Shown: piece by piece, positions 1 to 12,500 of the stretch
How positions within the stretch are numbered: the first letter of the stretch is position 1
Layout: each line of letters starts with the position of its first letter
NCBI GenBank assembly: GCA_027604505.1
Contig: JADIIX010000137.1
Coordinates: 1 to 60,901 of the forward strand
From: Gonapodya sp. JEL0774
Taxonomy: Eukaryota
DNA length: 60,901 nt
Reading direction: 5' to 3'
Position numbers and translations under genes: made by a program
The notes under the pieces: model-generated
Databases searched by the model: none
Seen by the model: the letters and a program-made list of their open reading frames with translations, nothing else
Told to the model about the DNA's origin: nothing

Positions 1-1
1 C

Positions 2-2468
2 GTCTCCCGCCCACCCCCCTCATCCCCCCTACCACCCTTACCCCCCTTCTCTCCCTTCTCCCCTCATCCCTCTCTTTCCTTCTTCCGCCTCTTTTCTTCT
101 TCCTCATCCATCCTCAACCACAACCACAAAAAACTCACCGCCCACTCCTACCCAAACCTCAAACCCAACCCTAACTTCAAACCAATCGACGATCATGACA
201 TCTCCTACTTCAATTCTTTTCTCCAACCGCCACAGGTCATCACTGACCAGTCTCAAATACAACCGTACAACACCGACTGGATGAACAAGTACACCGGACA
301 GACGAAAGTCGTGTTAAGGCCAAAGACCACCGAGGAGGTACAAAAGATTGTACGTTACTGCAACCAGAACAGGATTGCCATTTGCCCGCAAGGAGGTGAG
401 TCCAAGGCCCGAGCGGAGTGAGGGCCGCGCGAGCGTCAGCGAGCGCCTCGCCCAAGCGTCAGCGACGGGCAGAGTCCGCCGGAGGCGATTGAACTTTGCG
501 GTCCATATGGGCCGATGAGGCCCATATGGACCAATTCACATCCGCCGGAGGCATTGGGGCTTCGCCCAAGCGCCAGCGACGGGCAGAGTCCGCGGGAGGC
601 GATTGAACTTTGCGGTCCATATGGGCCGATGGGCCGATGAGGCCCATATGGACCAATTCACATCCGCCGGAGGCGATTGATCCCCAGCAGTCCATTTGGG
701 CCTCACCGGCCCATAGGGACCAGTTTCACCCCCTATGGAGAGGTCCATATGGGCATATGTGGGTTTGACCAATTTCACCCCTATGAGTGGTCCATATGGG
801 CCTATGTGGGTTTGACCCATCTGAGAAGTTTCCCATTTTTTTACTTTCCATTTCCCACCCCCTCCTCTCTCCTCTCTCCTCTCTCAGGAAACACCGGCCT
901 CGTCGGCGGCAGCGTCCCCGTCTTCGACGAAGTCGTCCTCTCCCTCTCCCTCATGAACCGCGTCCGCTCCTTCGACACCGTCTCGGGCGCCCTTGTCGCC
1001 GAAGCCGGCCTCGTCCTCGAAACTGCCGACAACTACCTCGCTGAAAGGGGGTTCATTTTCCCTCTCGACCTCGGCGCAAAGGGGACTGCCACCATCGGGG
1101 GAAACGTGGCCACCAACGCAGGCGGGCTCAGGTTGTTGAGATACGGGAGTTTGCACGGGACTGTTCTTGGTGGGTCTTCTTGTCGAGCCTTCAGCGAGCC
1201 TGTCGAGCGTCAGCGAGATAGTCTATATATGGCCTCCGGTCATATAGACTCTTGGACCTCACCGTCATATAGACTGTTGGACCTTACGGTCATATGGACT
1301 CTTGGACCTTATGGTTTTACGCACCATTTCATTCTGGGTCTTGGAACACTTGGATTTCCTCTTCTTCACTCCAAGAAAGCGCACTCATACTCAACACTCA
1401 CCCTCTCTCTCCAGGCCTCGAAGCCGTCCTCCCCGACGGCACCCTCTTCTCCAACCTCTCCACCCTCCGCAAAGACAACACGGGCTACGACCTCAAACAA
1501 CTCTTCATCGGCTCCGAAGGCACATTGGGCGTCGTCACGGCCGTGTCCATACTGTGCCCCCGCCGACCGCAAGCAGTCAACGTGGCCGTCTTGGCACTCG
1601 ACAGCTTCGAAAAGGTGCAGGAGGCCTTTGCGAGAGCCAAGAGGGACTTGGGAGAGATTCTCTCCGCGTTTGAGTTTTGGGACGCGGAGGCGGCAGAGGT
1701 CGTGCATCGATACGTGGACCACGTCAAGAACCCCTTCATCTCCTCCGACGACCCGGCCCGCGCCCACGCTCCCCCCTTCTCCGTCCTCGTCGAAACCTCT
1801 GGCTCCGTCAAGGACCACGACGACGCCAAGCTGTCCCTCTTCCTCGAAGGCCTCATGGACGACGCCGTCGTCACGGACGGCGTGCTTGCCGACTCCGCGG
1901 CCCAAGCCCGCGCCCTGTGGGGGGTCCGCGAGAACATCACCGAGGCCCTGGGCCGGGCCGGCGCGGCGTACAAGTACGACGTGTCCACGCCCGTGCCCCG
2001 GCTGTACGACGTGGTGCTGGATGTGAGGGACAGGTTGGCTCGCATGGGGTTTGTGGATCAGGGGAGGGTCGCCAGGGTGGTGGGTTTTGGACACCTCGGG
2101 GATGGAAACTTGCACCTCAATGTGGGCGGGCCCGTGTACGATAAGGAGGTCGTGGAGGCTATAGAACCGTTTGTGTACGAGTGGTTGGAGAAGGTGCAGG
2201 GGTCCATATCGGCAGAACACGGTGCGTGGGGGGAATGGAAAGGGGGGTTGGGGGGGGGGCGCTGGGGGGAGTCGCGTGTTTTACTTTCATTCACACCCCT
2301 TCCCCCCAATCAGGCCTCGGCCTCCACAAAGCCCCCCACCTTCACTATTCCAAGCCCGCGCCCATGATACGCCTCATGCACCAGATCAAGGACCTTTTCG
2401 ACCCCAAAGGGATCATGAACCCGTACAAGTACTTGCCCGACAAGGTTGAGAAGGAGGGGAGGGAGTGA
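2..2468 (+). CDS. DLD2: D-2-hydroxyglutarate dehydrogenase (FAD-linked oxidase, Dld2/D2HGDH family), 5'-partial, with a mitochondrial-presequence-like N-terminus
   Basis: Exons 2-395, 888-1169, 1415-2221 and 2314-2468 with GT-AG introns give [133 protein letters not shown]. The start codon lies upstream of the window. Confidence 0.95.
448..818. repeat. Intronic composite repeat: two ~114-bp tandem units, each with a 14-bp-arm hairpin, plus a degenerate third hairpin and two ~47-bp units
   Basis: Units start TCGCCCAAGCG at 448 and 562. Hairpin GGTCCATATGGGCC-GATGA-GGCCCATATGGACC at 500-532. TTTCACCCC..GGTCCATATGGGC..ATGTGGGTTTGACC occurs twice at ~725-818. All lie within DLD2 intron 1 (396-887). 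Confidence 0.9.
1181..1311. repeat. Intronic minisatellite (3 x 25 bp) preceded by two ~20-bp units; related to the intron-1 repeat
   Basis: CGGTCATATAGACTCTTGGACCTCA / CCGTCATATAGACTGTTGGACCTTA / CGGTCATATGGACTCTTGGACCTTA at 1237-1311. GAGCGTCAGCGAG at 1205-1217 is identical to 431-443. Lies within DLD2 intron 2 (1170-1414). Confidence 0.85.
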
Positions 2469-2562
2469 GGGATGGGGCGAGGCGGGGGGGGGGAGGGGGG
2501 ACGGGGAGGCGGGGCGTGGGGAGAGGGAGGGGAGAAGTGGTTAGAGGGGGGGGGGGGGGTGG
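2469..2562 (+). other. G-run tract (potential G-quadruplex) immediately after the DLD2 stop codon
   Basis: About ten runs of 3 or more G, including two long homopolymer runs, within 94 nt. Confidence 0.7.
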
Positions 2563-3076
2563 AAAAATGTACTTGCACATGGTGTTGAAATTGGAATAAT
2601 TTTGCAAAGTGGCTCTGGCGAAGGTGGACGTGGCGAATCGGGCTACTCATACCAGGACCGGCGCTCCGCTCATCGGTTCGGCCAGGCACGTGCACGTGGG
2701 TAAGTAGCTCCTACACCTGAAAAGGTGGGCAGACCCGGAACCAGATTTTTCGAAACGGGAATGTTTTTGTGATGTTAAAGGAGTCATTATTATTAGACAG
2801 AATGTTTCAAATTATTGTTGAAAGTTAAGTTCGTTCCCGAAAACCAGGTCACGACCTATCAATCCCATCCCACAGAAAGAACGAATAAGGCAACAGAAAT
2901 ACGTAGTTGGAATCGTCATAACCCTCGTCAAATGAAAATGAAATACCCAAATACCCCATCACAAGCTGCAAGTCCCGGATTTTTTAAGAGCGAGGTATTT
3001 TGTCGGTTCGTGGTCGTCGTCCGGCACGCCGTCCCCCCGCACCCACCCACTCGCACACGGCACACGCACGCCCTTT

Positions 3077-5966
3077 TCACTCCGCCCGAGGCTTCCACAC
3101 CTCGTTCAGCGCCTTGTACACCTTTAGACCTCCACGGACCAGCAGCGGGCCGTCGGAACTCGGCCTCGCGGGAGCGGGAGCGGCCGGCGTGGTCGACGCG
3201 GGGATCCCTCGCCTCTGCGTCCGATACCCATCCCCATCGCGGTGGACATCGGTGGGTCCTACCGTACCCGCACCACGACTAAGAGAGGAATCTGGTGTGT
3301 GAGGGGACGGTGACGCGAGCGAGAGCGGAACTCGGCCGGATCCAGCTCCAGGTCCGGTGGGTGGGACGTTCTCTTTGTCGTCGCCGTCGCTGTCGCCAGT
3401 GCGACGGTCTCCAGTTTTCTGGATTTTTTCTGTGCCCTCCTCCGGGGTTTCTTTCCCGACCACTGACCAAGAGCCCGCCTGTCCTGCCCCGACCCCGACC
3501 CCGACCCCGACCTCGGGCTTGGGCGGCAATCCCCCGACGACACCCTTCCACTTTCCCTTCCTGGGCGACTTGTGAGCCACCGAGGCCCTGATCATTCTCC
3601 CATCCACGCGCAGTCCGTCGAGCGCGGCAATGCACGAGAGGGCTGAGCTGGCGGTGGTGAAGGCGCAGAAGGCGTAATGCTGTTGTGAACAATGACAGAG
3701 AGAGAGAAAGAGAGATAGATCGGATGAGTCGGATGAGTCAGACGGGTGAGGCGTGGGAGCGAGCGAGGTGTCCGTCATGGATCGCGCACCTTGGACATGC
3801 CCGCTTCATCTCTCTGCAACCGAATGCTGACAATCGTACCGAATGATTTACAAAGTGCGAAAAGGTACTATTGCAAAAACGGGCAACATCCAACCGGAGG
3901 GAAATGCATTGTAAGAGATTGTTTGTATCGCATCGCCAGTTCAGACTAAAACCGGGGAGCGAACCTTCTCATCAGCACATTCAGGTAGATTCTTGAGCTA
4001 ATCGTAAATTTGAAATGATCGGTTAAGTACAAAGTTACGAAGAAAGCAATGTCGTCACTTGAAGCCGACATACCGTAGGCGATCGAAACCAACACCACTC
4101 ACGTATACATTCGTTCCATACTCGATGACTTCTCTTGCTTCTGCCCCCGACAAGCGTGGTGGACGGAGAGGGCGCGTCACTGGAACGGGCTCTGGTGCAC
4201 TGATTGGTTTCGGTTTCGCTGGAGATAGTGTACAATACGATCGCGTCTCAACAACGATTACGTGAATCCGAGTACCCTATGTCCTATCAAATGTACTCAC
4301 CGACGCTGACCCGGACTCGGTTCCCGTCCAGATCAACCCCGTCAAAGGAGCGGGCGGCGGCCGCCGCTGTTCTCGACAGTGTATAATATGAGTTCGAGCA
4401 GAGTTCGAAGAAAATATGAGAATCTCCGAATCGATCTGACAGCTCACGTGCCTCAGACCCCCCAACACCATCGGCACGCACCGTCGACAGCGTTTGCGAA
4501 CCCTGCTACAGCCCAACCAAGATGCTGCCCAACGTCACGACCCACAAAAATAGTGCGAACAGGGAGCAGCTGGGAGAAGAAATCTCGCAGCTTGGCCTGG
4601 GTTGGGTTTCCCATGAACGGACAGATGAGTCAAACGAATAAAGACACACCAGGTCACTAAAAGAGATCTCTTCGAGTGTTTTCTCTGCCACAAATCTTCA
4701 AATCCTTCTCTTCTCTCATTGCAACTTCCTCGCTTGTTAGACCATATTTACCTCACCAACGTCCTTTGGCACATTCCCTACAAACACCCTGTGCTCCCCT
4801 GCTTTTGAGGCGCACGACTCAAGAATTGCGGCACGGCGGAGATGCTCAGAGGCCGAAAGGGTTTCTGCAGTGTGCAAGGGAGGGAGGTGGAGTTCAGTCG
4901 TGGATCCGACCGACGGTGCGCTGGTGGTTGAAGGTTTCTGGTTTGGATGGTGTGACGGCGGTAACATTGACAGTGCTTCTGATTTGGCGCTCATGGTGGT
5001 GGAGAATGAGGCCGACATGTCTTGGAAGGACTCGTCGTCATGATCTGCATCAAAGTCCCCCGCAAGGGCACGGGCGATCTCCACCTCGGTGTCCACGATA
5101 GCTCTCTCCTTGTCTTTGAGTTTGATTTTGTCGCTGTCTCTGTGGATGGAGAATGGTGCAGCTGTCGGGACTCGGAATTGGTTTGTGCGTAAACTTGAAT
5201 CGAGGGAGACGAGCGAGTCGACCGTCTTGGAATTGATTGTCGGGTTCATAGTTTTGCCCTCGATATCTCTCCAGTGATTCTGTTCGTGCTCCTCATCATT
5301 CTCCACCCGCTCAACGACGGTCTGCGATTTTGGTCCCACTTGTCGTATTACAATCATGCCTTCACCCCTATCAGCTTCCTCATAGCTCGCGCCTTCAGTT
5401 TCACTGTCCTTCTCTCCGTCTTCTAACACGAGTATCAAAACTCTTGGGGCGGGCTTCAGCTCCGTCTCTACGATAACCAGATTCTCCTGACAATTCCTTT
5501 GGTATGGGGTGAGAGCGCTTTCAAGGGTGCACGCGTAGTGCTCTTTGAAAGTTTTCTTGGTGATGGGGGTCGCAGTGGGTGTCATAGGAGTGAGGAAAGC
5601 TGGAGGTGGAGTCTTGCGAGTTGGAGTCCACAGAACTTCTGGCTTCTCCGTACGGCTTGTTGGCCATTGGCGTGCAGGTTTGACCGTATCTTGATCATGG
5701 CGAGCGAAGATCGAGTCCAGGGAACGTGCAAAAGAGATTGTCGAAGCCGCATGTGAAGGTGAGCCATTTACCTCTTCGTGTGAGCCCGGGACAACAGAGG
5801 CAGCAGCGGAAGCAGATTCTGGCGAGGATAAAGCTGACGGTGGTGTAGAATCTCCTGACGACGGTAATGATACCGGGGGCGACGGTGGAAGTGCCGTGGT
5901 GGGTGGTCGCGTGGAATGACCGGTTGCGGGGACCAAGGCAGACACGGTAGACTGCTTGTCGTCCAT
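3077..5966 (-). CDS. RNA-binding protein with a long S/P/T-rich disordered N-terminus and two RRM domains
   Basis: The first exon (~400 aa) ends in RNP2 RVFVGNVPKDVGE. Spliced RRM2 reads NVY|LKNLPECADEK|YLFALCKSFGTIVSIRLQRDEAGMSK|HYAFCAFTTASSALSCIAALDGLRVDGRMIRASVA. Confidence 0.8.
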
Positions 5967-6529
5967 GCTCAGCCTCTTACTGTGGATTTAGTAGCGATTT
6001 GTGATTGAAATGTCGGGCTTGAAGTGTTTCCTGGGGGATTGAAATTGACAATGGATTGGAACTAGTCGGCCGATTCTCACGCCCAAAATGCACGCCCTCA
6101 CTTATTCGCGATTGTTCATACTCAAATTGAAGCTTACAGACACACATGGGCATATTGAAAGAAGAATCTGCTTCCTACATTTTTGTTTTCGCGTGAAAGG
6201 CGCATACATGCATCGTGAGTGACACTTCATGTAGTAAACCGAGGGTAGTCGGAGGTGAATCAATGGAAGTCATTAGACCTTTAAATGCGAATCGTGTTGT
6301 TTCGAGATTATTTGGAGGCCCAAGAGAGATACGCGTGTTGGTGGAATTCGGCAAAACTTCAGCACTCGGAAGACAGAACTACTCAGAGCTACCACGAAGC
6401 AAAACTAGATAAAATTTGCTTACATAAATTTGATACTGGGGCTGGAAGTTGGCGAGTGCTTGCCGGTTGCCTGATGAATACAAGCCGGCATGAAAATGAC
6501 TTCCCATTCTCACAGAATCACAAGGAGAC

Positions 6530-9500
6530 ATGGGGAAAAACAATCCGAAAGCATCTCGCCCAAAATCGAATGTCACTCCTGCGTCCTCATCGTGCGTTTC
6601 ATCTCCTCTCTTGCGTCGTGCTGGCAGCGGCCTCTTGAGTGATCCTTCTGAACTGGACTTTCCATCATACTCGCTGCATTCTTTCTCGTACTCATTGATG
6701 TATATCGTTACATTTTAAGTCGTGCTGCTGATGTCCTTGCGACCCAGTCTCTCTCCTCTGCGGCCCCTGGGAGCTTCGGATTCGCATTCGGATCTTCACC
6801 CTCTTCTCTCGGCTTTTCCAACAATGCACCAGAACTCGCAATTGAATCCCTCGTAGACGGCGATCTTAAGTTTATTCTACGTCGTCTCGTGAAGCGAGAT
6901 CCCCTCACTCGAGGAAAGGCAGCGGATGAACTCTCTCAATATCTCGCCCGCACAGAAACTCCCGAAGTCGTCCAAGCTCTGCTTCCTGTGTGGGCGGGGC
7001 TTTACCCGCGCCTTGCTGGAGATGCCGATCGCCGAGTCAGAGAGCTTGTTGGCGTGGCCCACTTGGAGGTTATCAGGAAGGCAGGGAGGGGTGTTGCCCC
7101 TTATCTGAGGGATTTGGCTGGCGCGTGGGTTGCGGCGACATTTGACCCCGCTAGGGAGGTAGCAAGAGTAGCACAAAATGCACTTCAGGTTCGTTCGTTT
7201 TGGCGTGGTCATGAAGTCTCGTAGTTATACAAATCCCTACCCTCCCAATGCCCTCCGACAGACAGCGTTCCCCTCCAAACGCCAGGATTTCCTCTTGTTT
7301 GTTCACGCTGACTTACTTGTTCATGCTCGACGTGCACTCATTGAGGACACACCGGAAAGTTTGAGTGAGTGTGCCAAGTAAGATCTTCAACACAATGGTT
7401 CTGGGGGATTGCCAGGCCATCTCGAGTTGTACACATTCTATAATCCATTCATATTCATCTTGGTGTACTGTTTCTGCATTTCCGGAAACTTTACAGGGAT
7501 TCACGGTACAGATTCACTTCTAACGCTGTCGTGTGCTTTTGCTGGTTTGTTTTCAGGTGATCCACGGTTTACTTCCAAGGAAGACATGGACTCTCGGTAC
7601 GCCAGAAATCTGACGGCTTCGTTGCAGACTTTGACGTCCCTCATCGGTGGGTATTCTCTCTCCGCACGCGATCGTGAGTGATGGCTCATGACCTCTTCTT
7701 CAGACACACTTCCTCTTGCAGAACGTACCAAGCACCAATCCATCTATGATGCGCTTTTTGATGAATCGAAGGTGTGGGCGATGGCGAACAACAGCGATGC
7801 CATGGTTAGGCGCGCAGCGTACACATTTGTGGTCACACTGTGCAGGAGGTGGGAGGGTGAGTTTGGGAAAGAATCCAGTACAAAGGACGAGAAGGGAGGA
7901 TCAAAGAGTCTGCTATTTCGAGTTTTTTGCTTCTTGAGGAGTCCTTTGTTGACAAACAATCACTGGGAGCACTCTAATGTTTCCTATTCATCTCTGTGTC
8001 ATGCTATCTCAGCGGCCCTTTCTTCTCGTCTGAAAATCGTGTGTACTGCGATTCCCTATCGCGTGTTTTCGGATAAGGATCCTTCATGTCACAGGGAAAT
8101 GTGGGAGGCGGTGCTGGTTCTCACACAAGGTATGTTTCATACTTTGATTTCTTGGAACGAAGAGAGCACAATTCAAGCTTTTGTGGCAAATGTGTTTCCA
8201 TTTTCTCAAGCCTTCCCTTCCGTATGGCTTCTCCCACCGAAACCCACGCTCCCAAAACTTCTCTCGTTTCTCAGGACCTCTGCATCCCTATCCCCTCAGT
8301 CCACTTACCCTTCCCTCCTTCCTCTATTATCGCTTCTCCCTCTTGGCTCAACCTCTTCGGTTGTGAGCGGCGCCGCTATGTTCGAGGAAGTCATTACCGC
8401 GGCATGGGAAGGTACTCGAACCGCCGACGCAGAGGCTGCGGTTGTGGGAGGCAATGCGGTGGCTGAATGTGTGGTGTGGGTGGCATTACATATAAGGTGA
8501 AATTGTCCCTGAAGAAGTTCGAATTGGTGTGCAGAGTTCTCACTTAGGATATCATGGTAAGCCGCTCCTCTGAGGCCGACGCTACGGAGTGCGTGAAGCG
8601 ATTTCTCGAGTCAAGGTTTGGGGCGATGGTGATGGCGGCTTTAGCCCAAGGCACAACAGGGGGCATTGGAAAAGCAAAGGGAGAGCAAGCTGCAGGATGT
8701 GTCGGAAAAGTGATGGAGTCGTTGTGGGCAAGCCAAGTAGAAGGTAAGACACCAACCATCTTGTGCTGCGACTGTTGTCCAAGGCTAGAGTGATTACACT
8801 GAGTCTTCGTGTAAACATATTTTTTGCGAAGCACCCGTACTCCACTTCCTGCTGGCAAAGGTCCAGGCTACTCTTTGCTATCACCTGCGTCTTCCGTCTG
8901 GATCCGATGCTCAGCCTTTTGGTGTACCACCAGAGGGATTGGTCTTTCCAGCCGCGTGCGCCAACGGCAAGGAATTACTTGCTGTCCTGGCAAAAGTTGC
9001 CGCAACCATAAAAGGGTCGGAACAAGGGAGGGAACATGCGGACGCGATAAAAGAAGTTGTCGCTGATTCGGTGGCAGCAATGGTTGAGGCTTTGAGTGGG
9101 GACGGTTTGTTTCATATGGTTTTGTTTGCGGAATCCGATTTGTGTGTGTTTGGTGCCAACGACGTTCCCTGATTTGATAGTCCATCTCTGTGACCCTCTC
9201 GCCTCTGCTCTTGCACAGCTTTGCTCAAATGCAGATGTGCGCCGCGTCCTTCCTCACCCCCGTATACGCTCGTCGATTGCCGTACTTGCTGTATCTACTC
9301 TACCAAACATTATTCCAACCGTTCCACAATCTGTTGCAGAAAGTGCACTTTCGGCGGTCTTGGATGTTTGGAACGTCACAAATATTGATTCACAAGATTG
9401 GCATGCTCTCATAAATGGGCTTATTCGGGTTGGGACAGAGTTCGAGAAGTCTGTGGGATTGTTGACGCTGGTGTTTAATTATGTGGGTTTTATAGTATTT

Positions 9501-12500
9501 TTCTTACTGCTGGATCTATTTCTCCACCTCTTTGTGTGTGCATTGTAGCTTCGTCACCGCCAATTACATTTTGATGTCCACAACGACAACCTGGATCAGT
9601 TCCTTCTCCGGGTTGTGGTCGAAGAGATTGGCAATCAGCGTTGGACCTCGCAAACGCATGTCGTAGAGCAGATGGAACATTTGATTGCAGCTGCTGTGGG
9701 ATCAAGTGGAGGTGAGGACATGACATTGCTGGCCTGGGATGTCCGTTTTGTTGTTGAGGAGGTAAAGTTTCTTAATTTCCAATGTTAGATCACCCCCTTG
9801 TTTCCATCGAACCCCTTAGGAAAATTTGTGATTGCATGGCCGGCGCTCTGGCAGCATGTACCTCCTCCCTCTTGAATGTCATCAATCCTCAAGACCACCT
9901 CGTGCATCTGCAAGCCATCCGCGCTGCAGTATCATTCACCAACATTGTCGACAAAATATGTCGAGAGCGAGACAATAAGAATGATAGAAGAGCATGGGGA
10001 GGAATTCCCGAGCTTGCAGGTCTCAGCATCATCACCGAGATATTCGAGCTTTCGCAGTTTGGCACTATGTACATTGAGGACTCACTCGTTCAAGTTCGAA
10101 TAGCTGATGTCGGAATGCTAGGCTCGAATGAACAAGCAACATTCGCTGTTGGTGAAAGTGGGACTCGGGAGCTTGACGTGTTCGAAGAACTTGTTGCAAA
10201 CTTGACTTCGAACTCAGCCGAAGTCTGGGACAGAGCAACAGGAGTGTTCAATCGAATAACCGAGCAGCAACAACCACTGGTGGAATGCCTTGTTTCTCGA
10301 TGGCACGCAAACGTTTTGGACCTGTCCCATATCGGAAGGTACGTTGAATCCACTTCCACAATTGGGGTTTACAGAGTCACAGATGTCTTGTTATAGCCCT
10401 GCACAGTTTGTTGACCAATTGAGGAGGATGAGAGAAATCCCTGCACTATCATCTGCTTTGAGAACCCACGTATTGTCAATTTCGGAATTTTCTGATGAAA
10501 CTTGGACAAACGCGTTGCAACCGCACTCTACTTCGCTCAAAATGCAGGAGCTTGCGATTGTCGATGATCCACTCGTGGTACCTGTAGAATACGCTGACAA
10601 TCAGAATGCCGAGTTCGTTTCAACCAGAAACACACATAAGCGGGACTTGCGGGGTCTCAGTAGCTATGGTCGATTGGGTGCGACCTTGGTTGGAATGCTC
10701 AGACTTTTTGGCACTGAAGATGTCTTTGCTACTGGTCGTAGATTGGACACATCCCCGGACAAAACGTCGACCGGCGTGAAGGACTTCATCCTCCTCCGGC
10801 TGACAGAGCTTCATCGCACAGTGGAAGACTGCAAGTTAGGGGTGGTGGATCCACTCTTTTCTCCTGAAGACCTGAAACAAGAGCCTGCACCACAAGACAA
10901 TCAGGGCCTAGGTAGATTTGGATGGAACAAGTTCATGGTGGACTTGTGTACAGTGATGTCTGAGGTATTAAATGCAGTGTGGATCGACTCAAACACCACT
11001 GATTTGAGGGAGTTCCTCCAAGCGCGCAGTTATCTCCAAGCATCTGGTGGTGAACAAGCCGTTCTGGCTCTGTATCGCAAAGCACTAAGTTCTGAGCCCG
11101 ACAGCAAGGGTTGGCATCAAAGATTGGTTGCGCGAGGTGCAGCAGACGCTCTAGTGTCGGTGTTTGAGCGTGCAACATTTGATTCGACAGAACGGGAGAA
11201 GTGGCAGCGAATGCTTCGGAACCGAAAGTTCGTCGACAACACACGTGAGCTTTGAGTGCTAGAAGTCATCTACGCCACCGAATAATTTTTTTGAATGGTC
11301 TTGTCCACGGCGCCTTAGCTTTTCTGGGACTTCTTATGATAAGTCACGCCTTGGCATCACCATCATTTGAAGACCCCGAAATGAAAAACGTCGTCGGCTT
11401 TTTTGTCGACGGAATTCTTAGCATTCCGACGTTGAGTACAAGCACAAACCGGAAAAGAGGTCAGCTTTGTAACTTGAAAACTTGCTTTGATTCAGAGTTT
11501 GGGTTCAGCCTTTTTTTTGCCTCGAACGACTGTTAGTTTTGGAAGGACTGGCAATCTTGAATAATTTGCGTGGGACTAGCCAAGCTTATGGGCAACGGCA
11601 ACTTCTTTTGCTGGTTCACCATATCCACCGCTCATGGATACCCGATGAACGCGTACCAACCGATCGTGAGACCCTTCCGGTTCACTTTCAATTGCTGAAG
11701 TGGCTCTCGCAATGCGCACTTCTGTTGGAGGATGTGTCTGAGGTATTTTGGAATTTGTCGGTGAAACTGTCTACGGCATGGCTTCAGGTATGAAGTGGTC
11801 GAATGTCTGATTGTCTGAACCACTTCTATAAAATTCACAAAATCAAAAGACAAACTTAGATGACACGCCTGCTCTCTTCGCAATGAAACATCGCTGTGTG
11901 CTTCTCACAACCGTGTTGCTGAAACGTCATTCCAGTGAGAGTTTGCTTTATGATTCTCAGAATGTTTATTCCACATTACTGTCGAATTTTGTTACCACTT
12001 GCGGTGTGTTGTTGTTAGTTTTTCTAATTATGGGCGCCATTGAAGATTTCACCATTTAGCTCGGACTTCGGGGACTTCTTGTCTCTCCGCTCCAGAAAAG
12101 CTGGCGGAAGATCAGCTGGCCGACTCTCTGATGGGCGTATCATCAGTGGTACTCAATCAATCGGGCTCCCTTGAGCACGTAAGTAATTGAAGCCAAGTCG
12201 TCCAATTGCGAATTGCTAACACTTTCCCAACTGCACCAGCTCGCTTTGTTGGTGCTATCGAAGAACCCAACTGTACAAAAGACCTCTACGATTCTTTTGC
12301 AGAGGCTTATTCGTGACTCAGTTCAGGTCAACTCTCTCAAGATCGAGATGCGTCAGAGTCGACAAAAGGCCAGCATTGAGTCCTCAGAAGGCCTACTTAG
12401 TGGTGGTAAGTACATTTAAAGGTCTATCTGGGAGATGAGAATAGTATCGAGGTGATCTTTGATCCCTTGTTGCTGTCAGAAATGGATGAAGACACTGATC

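Noticed and set aside
448..818. Palindromic repeats resembling a CRISPR array or hammerhead ribozymes
   Set aside because: The sequence between hairpins is itself repeated (no unique spacers), there are no cas genes, and it lies in a eukaryotic intron. The loop is CCGATGAGG and lacks the CUGANGA/GAAA hammerhead core arrangement.
677..2367. Long overlapping ORFs in the ORF track (449 aa, 357 aa, 284 aa antisense) and similar antisense ORFs throughout the window
   Set aside because: They are explained by read-through of introns and GC-rich shadow frames of the spliced genes.
3696..3745. (AG)n microsatellite and short GGATGAGTC repeats
   Set aside because: Ordinary low-complexity sequence forming the pyrimidine tract of a minus-strand intron.
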